A DNA stretch of 64,000 bases, taken from positions 11,517 through 75,516 of IMG/VR virus record IMGVR_UViG_3300036828_000389; one strand, written 5' to 3'. Origin of the DNA: a virus. The notes beneath the pieces are model-generated. The model was not told the origin of the DNA and ran no database searches. It saw only the letters and a program-made list of their open reading frames with translations. Below, one piece after another: positions 1 to 8,280 of the stretch. Position 1 is the stretch's first letter. The number at the start of each line of letters is the position of its first letter. Made by a program: the position numbers and the translations under genes.

Positions 1-2
1 AG

Positions 3-272
3 GCATTCGACGCCCAGGGTCGCCACACGGGCCCAGGGGAGTGGCTGAACCTCATCCACGCTGTGAACCGGGCCGCCAAGGAGGCCAACCTGCCCATGCT
101 GTTCGGCACCCCTGACTCCACGGGTGACTGGTGGGCCGGTGGCTACGTCGAGGAGTACTTCGACGCCCGTGTCCTGCACCGCACCGATGAGACCGTGTCC
201 ATCATCAGCAAGACCGACCGCGGCGCCCACTTCATGCGGCTCGTCGCCCAGGCCAATGGCTGGGAGGTCTGA
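3..272 (+). CDS. Hypothetical protein, 5'-truncated by window edge
   Basis: Frame open from nt 3 (AFDAQGRHTGPGEWLNLIHAVNRAAK...) to TGA 272; GC3-rich codons; followed by a hairpin. Confidence 0.7.
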   Translation, partial: AFDAQGRHTGPGEWLNLIHAVNRAAKEANLPMLFGTPDSTGDWWAGGYVEEYFDARVLHRTDETVSIISKTDRGAHFMRLVAQANGWEV

Positions 273-308
273 TGACCACATGACCCCACCAGCACCCCAC
301 AGCTGACC

Positions 309-334
309 ACAGGAGCCCCTCCGGGGGCTCCTGT
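309..334 (+). terminator. GC-rich hairpin, probable terminator
   Basis: ACAGGAGCCCC-TCCG-GGGGCTCCTGT perfect inverted repeat after the ORF. Confidence 0.7.
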
Positions 335-390
335 TGCATGTCCGGGCCCGGGTCACACTGGGAGGCACACAGGTCTCGTCCAGAGATGGC

Positions 391-425
391 TTGCATAGCA
401 GTCAGCCTGGGGGTACGGTGGGGGT
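391..425 (+). promoter_or_regulatory. SigA-type promoter, leaderless transcript
   Basis: TTGCAT(391-396)-17 nt-TACGGT(414-419)-6 nt-ATG(426); no SD. Confidence 0.7.
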
Positions 426-1376
426 ATGACATCGATACCGGCTCCCAACGCCGACGCCATGGCCGCCCTGCCCAATGCTGACTGGATCGTGGTCAACACC
501 AGTGCTGGCAAGGACTCGTCCGTGACCCTGGACTACACCCTGGAACTGGCCGACAGCCTGGGCATCGACCACAGCCACATCGTGGCCGTCCACTGTGACC
601 TGGGCCGGGTGGAGTGGGAGGGCACGCCGGAGTTGGCCGAGCGCCAGGTGGACCGCTACGCCGACATCCGCTTCTTCAAGGTGGCTCGCGACGGCACGGT
701 CCGCAAGGATGGCAAGGTGCTGGGTGACCTGGTCGACCAGGTCTGGGAGCGCCATGAGGCCAACCAGGAGAAGGCCAAGACCGACCCCCGCTACGCCAAC
801 CGCTCGCCCTGGCCCACGACCGCCAACCGCTGGTGTACCAGTGACCAGAAGGAGAGCCAGGTCACCAAGCTGATCACCCAGCTGGTGGACGACATCCTGG
901 TGGGTGGCACCCGGAAGGACCGCAAGGACGCCTGGGTCCGCGAGGCCGACGGCACCTACACCCAACGCCCCATCCGCATCATCAACGTGATGGGCATGCG
1001 GGCTGAGGAGTCCGAGAAGAGGAGCCAGATGCCCGAGTGGAGCCTGGACGAGTCCGCCAGCAACGGCAAGCGCACCATCTGGAACTGGCTGGCCATCAAG
1101 GACTGGTCTGAGGAGCAGGTCTGGGACCGCATCCATGCCCAGGGCATTGAGTACCACTGGGCCTACGACAAGGGCATGGAGCGGCTCAGCTGCTGCTTCT
1201 GCGTCCTGGCCAGCCCCAAGAACTGGGCCATCGCCCTCCCTCACAACCGCCAGCTGGCTGAGTCCTACGCCGAGATGGAGCGCCGCACCGGCCATGCCAT
1301 GGTGGAGCGGGCCAACGGCACCAAGGTCAGCATCCAGGACATCATCGACGCCGCTGATCGAGCAGCTGCCGCCTGA
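426..1376 (+). CDS. Phosphoadenosine phosphosulfate (PAPS) reductase-family / DndC-like PP-loop protein
   Basis: PP-loop NTSAGKDS, RWCTSDQK, GMRAEESEKR, IKDWSEEQVW, YDKGMERLSCCFC. Confidence 0.85.
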   Translation: MTSIPAPNADAMAALPNADWIVVNTSAGKDSSVTLDYTLELADSLGIDHSHIVAVHCDLGRVEWEGTPELAERQVDRYADIRFFKVARDGTVRKDGKVLGDLVDQVWERHEANQEKAKTDPRYANRSPWPTTANRWCTSDQKESQVTKLITQLVDDILVGGTRKDRKDAWVREADGTYTQRPIRIINVMGMRAEESEKRSQMPEWSLDESASNGKRTIWNWLAIKDWSEEQVWDRIHAQGIEYHWAYDKGMERLSCCFCVLASPKNWAIALPHNRQLAESYAEMERRTGHAMVERANGTKVSIQDIIDAADRAAAA

Positions 1377-1399
1377 GCCCTCCAGCCAGCTGTACCCCC

Positions 1400-1424
1400 G
1401 GAGCCCCCCACCACGGGGGGCTCT
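1400..1424 (+). terminator. GC-rich hairpin, probable terminator
   Basis: GGAGCCCCCC-ACCAC-GGGGGGCTCT. Confidence 0.65.
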
Positions 1425-1883
1425 GTCGCGTCCAGGGCTCACCGGTCCACCAGCCAGCCCAGGAGAGGCCAGCCGCCCCGCCAGTCGCCATGAGCCCGGC
1501 AGAACCAGCCTGGCTCCGTGAAGCAGTGCCAGACCGCCACCAGCTGGCCACAGTCCCGACACCGGAGCATGCCCCCAAGCTACCCCCAGAGAGCCCGAAT
1601 CGCTCCCAAGGCTCCAGGAGGCCATAGCCGGGCCGGAATGGGTGCATGTACCCCTATGGGGGTATAGACGCTCCTGGAGCCCTACAGGCCCCTCTCCTGG
1701 CCGCCAGCACCCAACCTGGCCTGGAATCCGGCCCCCAGAGCCCTCCCACACGTCTGAGGGGGTATGGAATGCGCCCATAATCAAGTGGTCATTTCGCAAA
1801 ACAGCCTCCAGAGAGCCCAAAAACGGCCTCGCGACCCTCCCCAGGACCGGACAATCGGGCCCGATCCGACGTACAGCCAGGGC

Positions 1884-2081
1884 ATGTACACCGAAGCCAA
1901 GACCCTCATCCCGCACGGCATCGACGCCCAGGAGCTACGCCTCCTCCTCAGACGCGTCCAGCAGCAGGGCATGCCCTACACCAACCGGGCCACACGTCGC
2001 AGAGCCAGCCAGGCCGCCCGCCAGGCCCGAGCCAAGAAAGCGGCCCAGCACCCCCATGTAGAGAGCTACCCAGTCAGCTGA
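1884..2081 (+). CDS. Small basic hypothetical protein (MYTEAKTLIPHGID...)
   Basis: In-frame ATG inside ORF 1764..2081, phage-like codon use, TACAGC 6 nt upstream. Confidence 0.45.
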   Translation: MYTEAKTLIPHGIDAQELRLLLRRVQQQGMPYTNRATRRRASQAARQARAKKAAQHPHVESYPVS

Positions 2082-2489
2082 CCAGGCCATGCATGCACGC
2101 ACCCATGCACCCATGCCAGCACCAGGTAGCAACTACCCCAGCACTCCACTCCCTCTCTAGCCTGGCAGCCCCCACGCAGAGTGACCACCACTGTGGGTGT
2201 ACACAGGGTGTATGCATATGCAGGGGTATGCAGGGGGGATACTCCAAACCATAAACTACACCCATGGGGGCATAAACACAGCCACCAGGGAGAAACCCTT
2301 ACGTAGCAAGGGAAACAGGGCTCAGGGAGGGGGATTAGCAAACGAGTTTATGAGTTTATGGGGGTACGCCATACACCTATTCACGCCAGTGCATACCCAT
2401 GGGGGTACAACCACCCAGAGTACCCCCACCCTTAACCACGCAGAGTGGCCAGGGGGGTCCAGGACACAGGCTCTCGTAGGAGGAAGAAG

Positions 2490-2527
2490 GGGTCGTAGTA
2501 CCTGGGAGAGAGGGTCGTAGTACCTGG
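2490..2527 (+). repeat. Direct repeat GGGTCGTAGTACCTGG x2
   Basis: Two copies 22 nt apart, starting at 2490 and 2512. Confidence 0.8.
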
Positions 2528-2623
2528 GGGCGATGGGGTTCTTCTACATAAGTGCTGGTCAGAGCAGGTAAACAGCGCTACAGGCGTGCTGTGAAGGCTG
2601 CCAAGCGGGGGTATGCTCGGGGT

Positions 2624-2887
2624 ATGAAACCACTGGATGAAGAGGCTGCTGACTACCTGGGTACGCACCCGGAGGCTCGCCACGCCATGCTCAAGCACAA
2701 CCACCGGCTGCTCTACCGCATCAACCCGGACGGCAGCGTGACCCGGGGCCGGGAGCTTCTGGCTGAGGTGGTGAAGGGTGCAGTGCCGGAGGGCGGGGTG
2801 TACCAGTTCGATACCGACGAGGAGCATCGGCGGCTCTCGGAGCATCTGGACGTGGCCTTCAAGCGTCAGGAGGGGCGCAGCAACTAG
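2624..2887 (+). CDS. Hypothetical protein (leaderless)
   Basis: GGGGG-TATGCT-6 nt-ATG at 2624, in frame with ORF 2552..2887. Confidence 0.7.
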   Translation: MKPLDEEAADYLGTHPEARHAMLKHNHRLLYRINPDGSVTRGRELLAEVVKGAVPEGGVYQFDTDEEHRRLSEHLDVAFKRQEGRSN

Positions 2888-2928
2888 GTGTACGGTGTAC
2901 GGCGTACCTGCGAGAAAGAGGTGACGCT

Positions 2929-3285
2929 ATGGAGGCGAATCAGCTGCCAGGGGAACTGGCGCCCCTGGTGAAGGCGTGGGACGACGACTGCTGGGCCCAG
3001 CAGGCCCGGGTGAACCGGGAGAAGGGCTACCCGGCTCCCTGGTGGTGCAACGCCATGCGAGCCCGGGGGGCGCTCCAGGCCGCTCTCAACCTCCTGCGGG
3101 AGGGGGAGAGGGCCGGGCAGCCCCAGCAGGGCTATCTGCACATGCTGGAGATCGGGGAGGTGAAGGCCAGCGTGGAGTACGGGGTATGCCGGGAGGAGTG
3201 GGCGCCGATCTGGGCCTACTTCCCCGCTGAGGTGCGTTGGGCCCGGAAGGTGTTGCGCTTGAGCGGCATCGACCCGCCGTCATGA
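2929..3285 (+). CDS. Hypothetical protein
   Basis: SD GAGGTG, 118 aa, followed by a hairpin. Confidence 0.7.
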   Translation: MEANQLPGELAPLVKAWDDDCWAQQARVNREKGYPAPWWCNAMRARGALQAALNLLREGERAGQPQQGYLHMLEIGEVKASVEYGVCREEWAPIWAYFPAEVRWARKVLRLSGIDPPS

Positions 3286-3289
3286 AAGT

Positions 3290-3321
3290 CGAGAGCCCCC
3301 CTGGCGGGAGGGGGGCTCTCG
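3290..3321 (+). terminator. GC-rich hairpin, probable terminator
   Basis: CGAGAGCCCCCCT-GGCGGG-AGGGGGGCTCTCG. Confidence 0.7.
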
Positions 3322-3410
3322 TAGCGCCCGGGAACTGGTCCCAGCGCAGGTCGCGGGGCGGTTCCGCGACGCCGCATAGCATACACCCACGGGGGTGTAG
3401 GATCCCGGTC

Positions 3411-3605
3411 ATGGCGAGGTATCGGGTCCAACAGAACCGCTCGGGCTGGCTGGTGCTGGACGGCAACACCCCGGTCAACTTCTTCTCAGCTGTAGATCCG
3501 GATCAGGGTCACGCCTCTGCCACCAGGTGGAACGTGGCCTACCAGCGGGCCCAGGACGAGGTCGACTGGCTGAATGCCCAGGAGGCGCCAGCCCGTGATC
3601 GGTGA
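3411..3605 (+). CDS. Hypothetical protein (leaderless)
   Basis: TAGGAT(3398-3403)-7 nt-ATG 3411; MARYRVQQNRSGWLVLDG... Confidence 0.65.
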   Translation: MARYRVQQNRSGWLVLDGNTPVNFFSAVDPDQGHASATRWNVAYQRAQDEVDWLNAQEAPARDR

Positions 3606-4563
3606 GAGCCTGCGGCCCCGGGATGTAGCGTATCTCCGCGGTCAACTACGGGACTGGTGGGCCATCCCGGGCGAGTTACAGTACAAGCTGGCCATGCACG
3701 GGCGCCGGGACATGCCCGGCTGGAAGATGTCCGGCGACGAGACCGAACAGACCCGCCAGCACTACGCCTACGCCCTGGCCAAGGCCGATCTGTACTGGAT
3801 ATCGCCCGACATGAGTGACATGGTGGCCACTCTGGCTCCTTCTATACCGGATTGCATGCCCTACCCGCCCTGCCCCTGCGGCTTCGCCCTGTTCGCTCGC
3901 TCCATCCCCGGCATCGACGCCGTGGACGGCAACCAGATCTACACCACCGGCTTCCTGTGGGCCCAGATCAACCTGGCCAACCTGGGTGACTGCCTGGCCG
4001 TCACCACCTACAGCTGGCGGGGCCTGGTGAAAGCCTTCGACCAGCTGAAGAAGGAGAACCGGCGCCGGGAGGCGGAACTGGATCGCAAGCTGTCGGAGGT
4101 CATGCCCACCCAGCTGTTCCCGACCGGGGGCTGGGAGTGGCCGGAGGGGCACATGATGGAGGACTTCTCCAGCCTGCCCCCCAGTAGCGCCATCATGGAG
4201 GCGTCGATCCTGGAGGATCGCCGGATCCTGTCAACCTTCTGGACCCTCTGCTCGCAGAAAATCACCGTCGAAACAAGAGCCCAGCCCTCCAGGAATGAAA
4301 TACGGGCAGCCACCCGGAAACGGCTCCCCGTACCAGTCGATGAGGTCCGCGTCATCAACCTGCGAGAGGTCGAGACGCGGCATCCAGGTCAGAATGGGCG
4401 GGATATCGATTGGCAGTATCGCTGGATCGTGTCGTCGCATTGGCGGAACCAGTATTACCCTTCCCGGGGCGAGCATATGCCCAAACTGATCGACGCTTAC
4501 CAGAAGGGGCCGCCGGATCGCCCCCTCAAGGTCCGCGACACCGTGAAAGCGCTGGTGCGCTGA
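3595..4563 (+). CDS. Conserved phage hypothetical protein with C-terminal HWRxQ domain
   Basis: SD GGAGG before GTG 3595; C-terminal WIVSSHWRNQYYP...YQKGP motif recurrent in phage proteins of unknown function. Confidence 0.75.
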   Translation: MIGESLRPRDVAYLRGQLRDWWAIPGELQYKLAMHGRRDMPGWKMSGDETEQTRQHYAYALAKADLYWISPDMSDMVATLAPSIPDCMPYPPCPCGFALFARSIPGIDAVDGNQIYTTGFLWAQINLANLGDCLAVTTYSWRGLVKAFDQLKKENRRREAELDRKLSEVMPTQLFPTGGWEWPEGHMMEDFSSLPPSSAIMEASILEDRRILSTFWTLCSQKITVETRAQPSRNEIRAATRKRLPVPVDEVRVINLREVETRHPGQNGRDIDWQYRWIVSSHWRNQYYPSRGEHMPKLIDAYQKGPPDRPLKVRDTVKALVR

Positions 4564-4593
4564 TCATGATCGATCCAAAAGAAAGGAAGCACC

Positions 4594-5277
4594 ATGACCA
4601 CCACCCCTGAACCATCCGTTAACGACCTGAGTCCGATCTCCAAGGCGGGCCCAGCCAACCTGGAACCGGCCTTCCTGATCGACACCAGCGGCTCCATGAG
4701 CTATCCCACCACCGCTGATGGCAAGGTGGAGCGCCGGGAACTGGTCGGAGAGGCCATCCCCTTGATCGTGGCCGGGCTGGAGGGCTTCGACGCCCAGGCG
4801 GCCAAGGAGACTGAGGCTGCGGGCGAGGAGGAGGGCGGCGTGATGACCGTCACCTTCGCGTCGGAGGCCGTGGTGGTGGGCGACATCAACTCCGGCAACG
4901 TCCGCGACCAGTGGAAGGCCATCCGCTGGGGCGGGGGCACCAACATCGTGCCCGGCTACCAGCTGGTCTTGTCCAACTATATGGAGGAGTTTGGCGACGA
5001 AGACCCGACCTCGCGGCCCGCTCTGCTGTGCATGGTCATCACCGACGGCGAGGCCGCCGACGAGGCCGAGTTTGAGCAGCTGCTGGAGAAGTCCAAGGGC
5101 GGCACCTACGTGGCCGTAGCGGTGGTGGGCTACGGTCCGGAGCATGATGCTGCCTTCAGTCAGTACCAGCGCATCGCCGGTAACAACAACCACGTCCGGG
5201 CCCTGTCCTTCGCGGACGCCACCGACCCCAACAGCCTGGCTACCTCTCTGCTGGCCATGTTCGGCGGCACCCCCTGA
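4594..5277 (+). CDS. von Willebrand factor A (vWA, MIDAS) domain protein
   Basis: FLIDTSGSM (DxSxS), GGGTNI, VITDGE motifs; SD AAGGAAG. Confidence 0.85.
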   Translation: MTTTPEPSVNDLSPISKAGPANLEPAFLIDTSGSMSYPTTADGKVERRELVGEAIPLIVAGLEGFDAQAAKETEAAGEEEGGVMTVTFASEAVVVGDINSGNVRDQWKAIRWGGGTNIVPGYQLVLSNYMEEFGDEDPTSRPALLCMVITDGEAADEAEFEQLLEKSKGGTYVAVAVVGYGPEHDAAFSQYQRIAGNNNHVRALSFADATDPNSLATSLLAMFGGTP

Positions 5278-5280
5278 CGT

Positions 5281-5637
5281 ATGAGTGAGCCTCCCCATCG
5301 TTGGTGGTACTGCGTCAGCTGCTTTGCCATCAACGATGGCCTGGAGGAGGCCCGGTGCTGGAACTGCCAGACCGCTTTCCCTAGTCGCCACAAGCACAAG
5401 CCCTGGTGCGAGATGGGCCGCCAGCGCTGCGACGTGTGCCGTAAGTACTACGTGACCTGGACGCTTCCGGCCGGGACCACCTTGACCATCCCTGACGTGT
5501 TGGGATTCTGCCCCTTCTATTTTGAGCATTACGGCGACGACGCCTATTTCCCACCCATGCTCCCAGCCATCTACGTCCTAGAGGCCAATGGTTACAGCTA
5601 CAACGAGAAGCGAAAGAAGCTGGAGAAGATCAGGTGA
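5281..5637 (+). CDS. Cys-rich Zn-finger hypothetical protein
   Basis: CVSC, CWNC, CDVC motifs; tightly packed operon. Confidence 0.6.
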   Translation: MSEPPHRWWYCVSCFAINDGLEEARCWNCQTAFPSRHKHKPWCEMGRQRCDVCRKYYVTWTLPAGTTLTIPDVLGFCPFYFEHYGDDAYFPPMLPAIYVLEANGYSYNEKRKKLEKIR

Positions 5638-5837
5638 GCGACCTGCCGCTTGAAGGAGATAACGAGGTGGTGGTCACGGGCGCTTTGTTGATGCTCGTCG
5701 GCGCACGCTTCAAGACCGAACCTGTAACTACGGAGGAGAGACAGGCCACCAATGAGCTTTACGTTTGGCCTGAATTTATGAAGTCCCGTTACCGCATCAC
5801 AGTCACACTTGATCCCGAAGGAAAGGAAGAGCAATGA
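5634..5837 (+). CDS. Hypothetical protein
   Basis: GTGA/ATGA overlaps at both ends. Confidence 0.65.
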   Translation: MSDLPLEGDNEVVVTGALLMLVGARFKTEPVTTEERQATNELYVWPEFMKSRYRITVTLDPEGKEEQ

Positions 5838-6103
5838 CAACACTGGTGCAAGAGGCCAACCGTATCGAGGACAGCGAGGTTGGCGTGCTGGTCATCCTGG
5901 ACCGCAGCGGCGACACCCGGCACACCTGGGACCGGCGCAACGAGGACGAGGTGCAGGTCATCCGCGACCTGTTCGGCCGCATGATCGACAAGGGCTACCA
6001 GGCGTGGTCGGTGACCCGTAAGGGCGACAAGGATCAGCGCATCACTGAGTTCGACCCCCAGGCTGAGAAGGTGATCTTCGCCCCAGCGCTGGTGGGTGGT
6101 TGA
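5834..6103 (+). CDS. Small protein ending in diglycine (..FDPQAEKVIFAPALVGG*), possible ubiquitin-like/sulfur-carrier protein
   Basis: 89 aa; GGT GGT TGA end; alternating beta/alpha pattern. Confidence 0.75.
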   Translation: MTTLVQEANRIEDSEVGVLVILDRSGDTRHTWDRRNEDEVQVIRDLFGRMIDKGYQAWSVTRKGDKDQRITEFDPQAEKVIFAPALVGG

Positions 6104-6717
6104 TGCCCCAGCAGCTGTACTACCAGCAGTACTGCAACACCACCGCGACCACGAACTACTACGTCCCCACCTGGGGGAGCAACAACGCCACCATCACCTA
6201 TCAGCAGGGCATTCCAACCAATCAGTACTACGCGCCCATCATCACCAGCACCAGCACTGATCAGATCTGGCAGCAGTGGGTGATCATGGGGAACGGCACC
6301 ATAACCACCAGCGGTACGCCCACCACCTTCTGGCAGGAGACTGCGGAGCAGATGGAGGCTCATCGCGAGCAGCGGGAGCGGGAGCGGGAGGAGCGGGTGG
6401 CCGCTCGGACCCGGGCCCGGGTGCTGCTGGAGGACTTCCTCAACGACGAGCAGAAGGTGGAGTTGGAGCGCCATAGTCGCTTCCACGTCACCGGGTCGCG
6501 GGGACGGCGCTACTGCATCCGCACCACCGGCCAGGCTGGCAACGTCGACCTGCTCAAGGACGATGGACAAGTCCAGGCTCAGCTGTGTTGCCATCCCCGG
6601 GGCTACCTGCCCGATGGGGACGCCTGGTTGATGCAGATGATCGAGCTACGTCACGACGAGGATCACTTCCTGGCCACGGCCAACGTCCACCGGGGGGCGC
6701 TCCCCGCAGCCGCATGA
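6103..6717 (+). CDS. Partner of the diGly protein: T/Q/Y-rich N-terminus, charged helix, C-terminal domain with LCCHP
   Basis: TGATG coupling; FHVTGSRGRRYCI, LCCHPRGYLPDGD, DEDHFLATAN. Confidence 0.75.
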   Translation: MPQQLYYQQYCNTTATTNYYVPTWGSNNATITYQQGIPTNQYYAPIITSTSTDQIWQQWVIMGNGTITTSGTPTTFWQETAEQMEAHREQREREREERVAARTRARVLLEDFLNDEQKVELERHSRFHVTGSRGRRYCIRTTGQAGNVDLLKDDGQVQAQLCCHPRGYLPDGDAWLMQMIELRHDEDHFLATANVHRGALPAAA

Positions 6718-6956
6718 GCGATGAACTCGACCCTGGCTTCATCGCCATTGAGCAGCAGGTAGATCTCGGTGGCCAGGTGCTGAGCCTGACCGGCAAGGTG
6801 AACCTGATCGGCCTGTCCGCGGCCCAGCGTGAGGTGCTGCTCGACATCCTGGACGCCTTCGCTCGCCTGGGCTCCAAGACCCGCACGCGAGAGAGGGTGC
6901 GAGCCACGCGGGCCCGTACTGCCGTTCCTCAGGAGGAAGAGGAGGGAGGGGAGTGA
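6714..6956 (+). CDS. Hypothetical protein
   Basis: ATGA overlap; MSDELDPGF... Confidence 0.65.
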   Translation: MSDELDPGFIAIEQQVDLGGQVLSLTGKVNLIGLSAAQREVLLDILDAFARLGSKTRTRERVRATRARTAVPQEEEEGGE

Positions 6957-7093
6957 CTTGCGGTCACCGCTGGCCGCTCCTCGACCCCAACGAGGATGAC
7001 CGGGTCAATGGCGTCACCCATAAGTGCAGTCGTGAGCCTGGACATGGTGATGATCATCTGTGCGTCTGTGGGGCCCGGCCGGGGGACGACTGA
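6953..7093 (+). CDS. 46-aa Cys/His Zn-binding mini-protein (not in ORF track)
   Basis: MTCGHRWPLLDPNEDDRVNGVTHKCSREPGHGDDHLCVCGARPGDD; GTGA and TGATG overlaps. Confidence 0.65.
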   Translation: MTCGHRWPLLDPNEDDRVNGVTHKCSREPGHGDDHLCVCGARPGDD

Positions 7094-7287
7094 TGCCCCC
7101 CCACTTCGACAACCCCACCAACGCCCTGGCCGAAGATATCGCCATCTGGCTTGCTGACGGGCACGGGGACGTGGAGGATTACATCCAGGATGCCTACGAC
7201 CTCATCAGAACCCTGCGGGCCCGGGGGTGGCAGTTCTCTGTCGCTCTCGGGCGCGCTGACTCCACCGGACGAGTCCCGCTGCGGTGA
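7093..7287 (+). CDS. Hypothetical protein
   Basis: TGATG coupling; MPPHFDNPTNAL... Confidence 0.6.
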   Translation: MPPHFDNPTNALAEDIAIWLADGHGDVEDYIQDAYDLIRTLRARGWQFSVALGRADSTGRVPLR

Positions 7288-7523
7288 AGAACTGCGCTGG
7301 TCCCTGGCGTTGGTATTGCCGGTGGTGTGGGGCGAAAGAGCAATATGACGATCCCGCTGAACGGGATCGTTCTGCGTATGAACACGTTGTCTTGATTCAC
7401 CCTGGCCCTGACTATGTGGTCAGATCAGCCTCATTTGGGCACCTTCTGCATGTGTGGCCCATCCCTTCAAGTCTTTCTGACGGCACAGAGCGTGCCTACC
7501 CTGGCGTCGATGCCCCTGAGTAA
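7284..7523 (+). CDS. Zn-finger-like hypothetical protein
   Basis: WYCRWCG...HVVLIH; GTGA overlap. Confidence 0.55.
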   Translation: MKNCAGPWRWYCRWCGAKEQYDDPAERDRSAYEHVVLIHPGPDYVVRSASFGHLLHVWPIPSSLSDGTERAYPGVDAPE

Positions 7524-7980
7524 CCTGCCCGGTCCCTGGCGTTGGGAGAAGCGCAACGGGTTCTGGTGGCGGATTCACGATGAACTGAGGATCGAGGACG
7601 GGCCCCATGAGTGGAACGAACTCAACATCGGCCTGGGTGGCTACGGGGAGGGCAGCCGTTGGCTCGACCGGGACGGCGAACCTATTCCAGTCATAGTGGC
7701 GAGCGACCTCCTGGCTGACCCGGACTACAAGGTCATCGCCAAGGACGTGTTCATCTACGACGACACCCCCATGGAGGTCTCCACCGTCTGGCTCGGGCTG
7801 GATCACAACTGGTGGCCTGATCGCTCTCCTCAGATCTTTGAGACCATGATCTTCGCCCCTGGCACTGACTGGGATCTCAACCTGTGGCGCTACAGCACCG
7901 AAGCTGAGGCTCGCGAAGGACATACTGAGGTGTTGGCTATGGTAAAAGACGCGGAGCAGCACCGAAGGAGGAACTTGTGA
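7510..7980 (+). CDS. Conserved phage hypothetical protein
   Basis: VSTVWLGLDH..P.IFETMIF..RYSTEAEAREGH motif typical of a widespread phage family. Confidence 0.75.
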   Translation: MPLSNLPGPWRWEKRNGFWWRIHDELRIEDGPHEWNELNIGLGGYGEGSRWLDRDGEPIPVIVASDLLADPDYKVIAKDVFIYDDTPMEVSTVWLGLDHNWWPDRSPQIFETMIFAPGTDWDLNLWRYSTEAEAREGHTEVLAMVKDAEQHRRRNL

Positions 7981-8013
7981 GTCAGTATTCGGACATGACC
8001 GGGGAGGGCTGAC

Positions 8014-8280
8014 ATGGCCAAGGTGGATGCGGTCAGCTGCGATACGTGCCAGCGGGTCGAGCGTCCCGCAGAGGGGGCCCAGCTGCCCCTGGAGTGGTAT
8101 CAGGCCACGGTCTTCCAGCAGGGCTCCGGCGAGGTGCTGAGCGACAGCACCTTCTGCTCCTGGGACTGTGTGAACCTGGCCATGAAGCAGGAGCCGGAGG
8201 TCAAGGTCCGCCGGAAGCGTCGGACCCGGGAGCAGATGGAGGCGGACGCGGCGGCAGCTGCTGCGACCGCCAGTGCCTAG
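8014..8280 (+). CDS. Zn-binding protein with basic tail
   Basis: CDTC...FCSWDC; RRKRRTREQMEAD; SD GGAGG. Confidence 0.7.
   Translation: MAKVDAVSCDTCQRVERPAEGAQLPLEWYQATVFQQGSGEVLSDSTFCSWDCVNLAMKQEPEVKVRRKRRTREQMEADAAAAAATASA

Larger units (their letters stand above)
1425..2600. other. Largely non-coding motif-rich tract (candidate origin/pac/terminus or operator array)
   Basis: Many TACCCC/GGGGTA motifs and semi-palindromes, short tandem repeats, strand-composition skew. Confidence 0.45.

Noticed and set aside
402-1916. 504-aa - strand ORF
   Set aside because: Antisense shadow of the PAPS-reductase gene; typical high-GC artefact with no motifs.
5834-6103. Pup (prokaryotic ubiquitin-like protein) assignment
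   Set aside because: Pup ends GGE/GGQ and is disordered; this protein ends GG-stop and looks folded.
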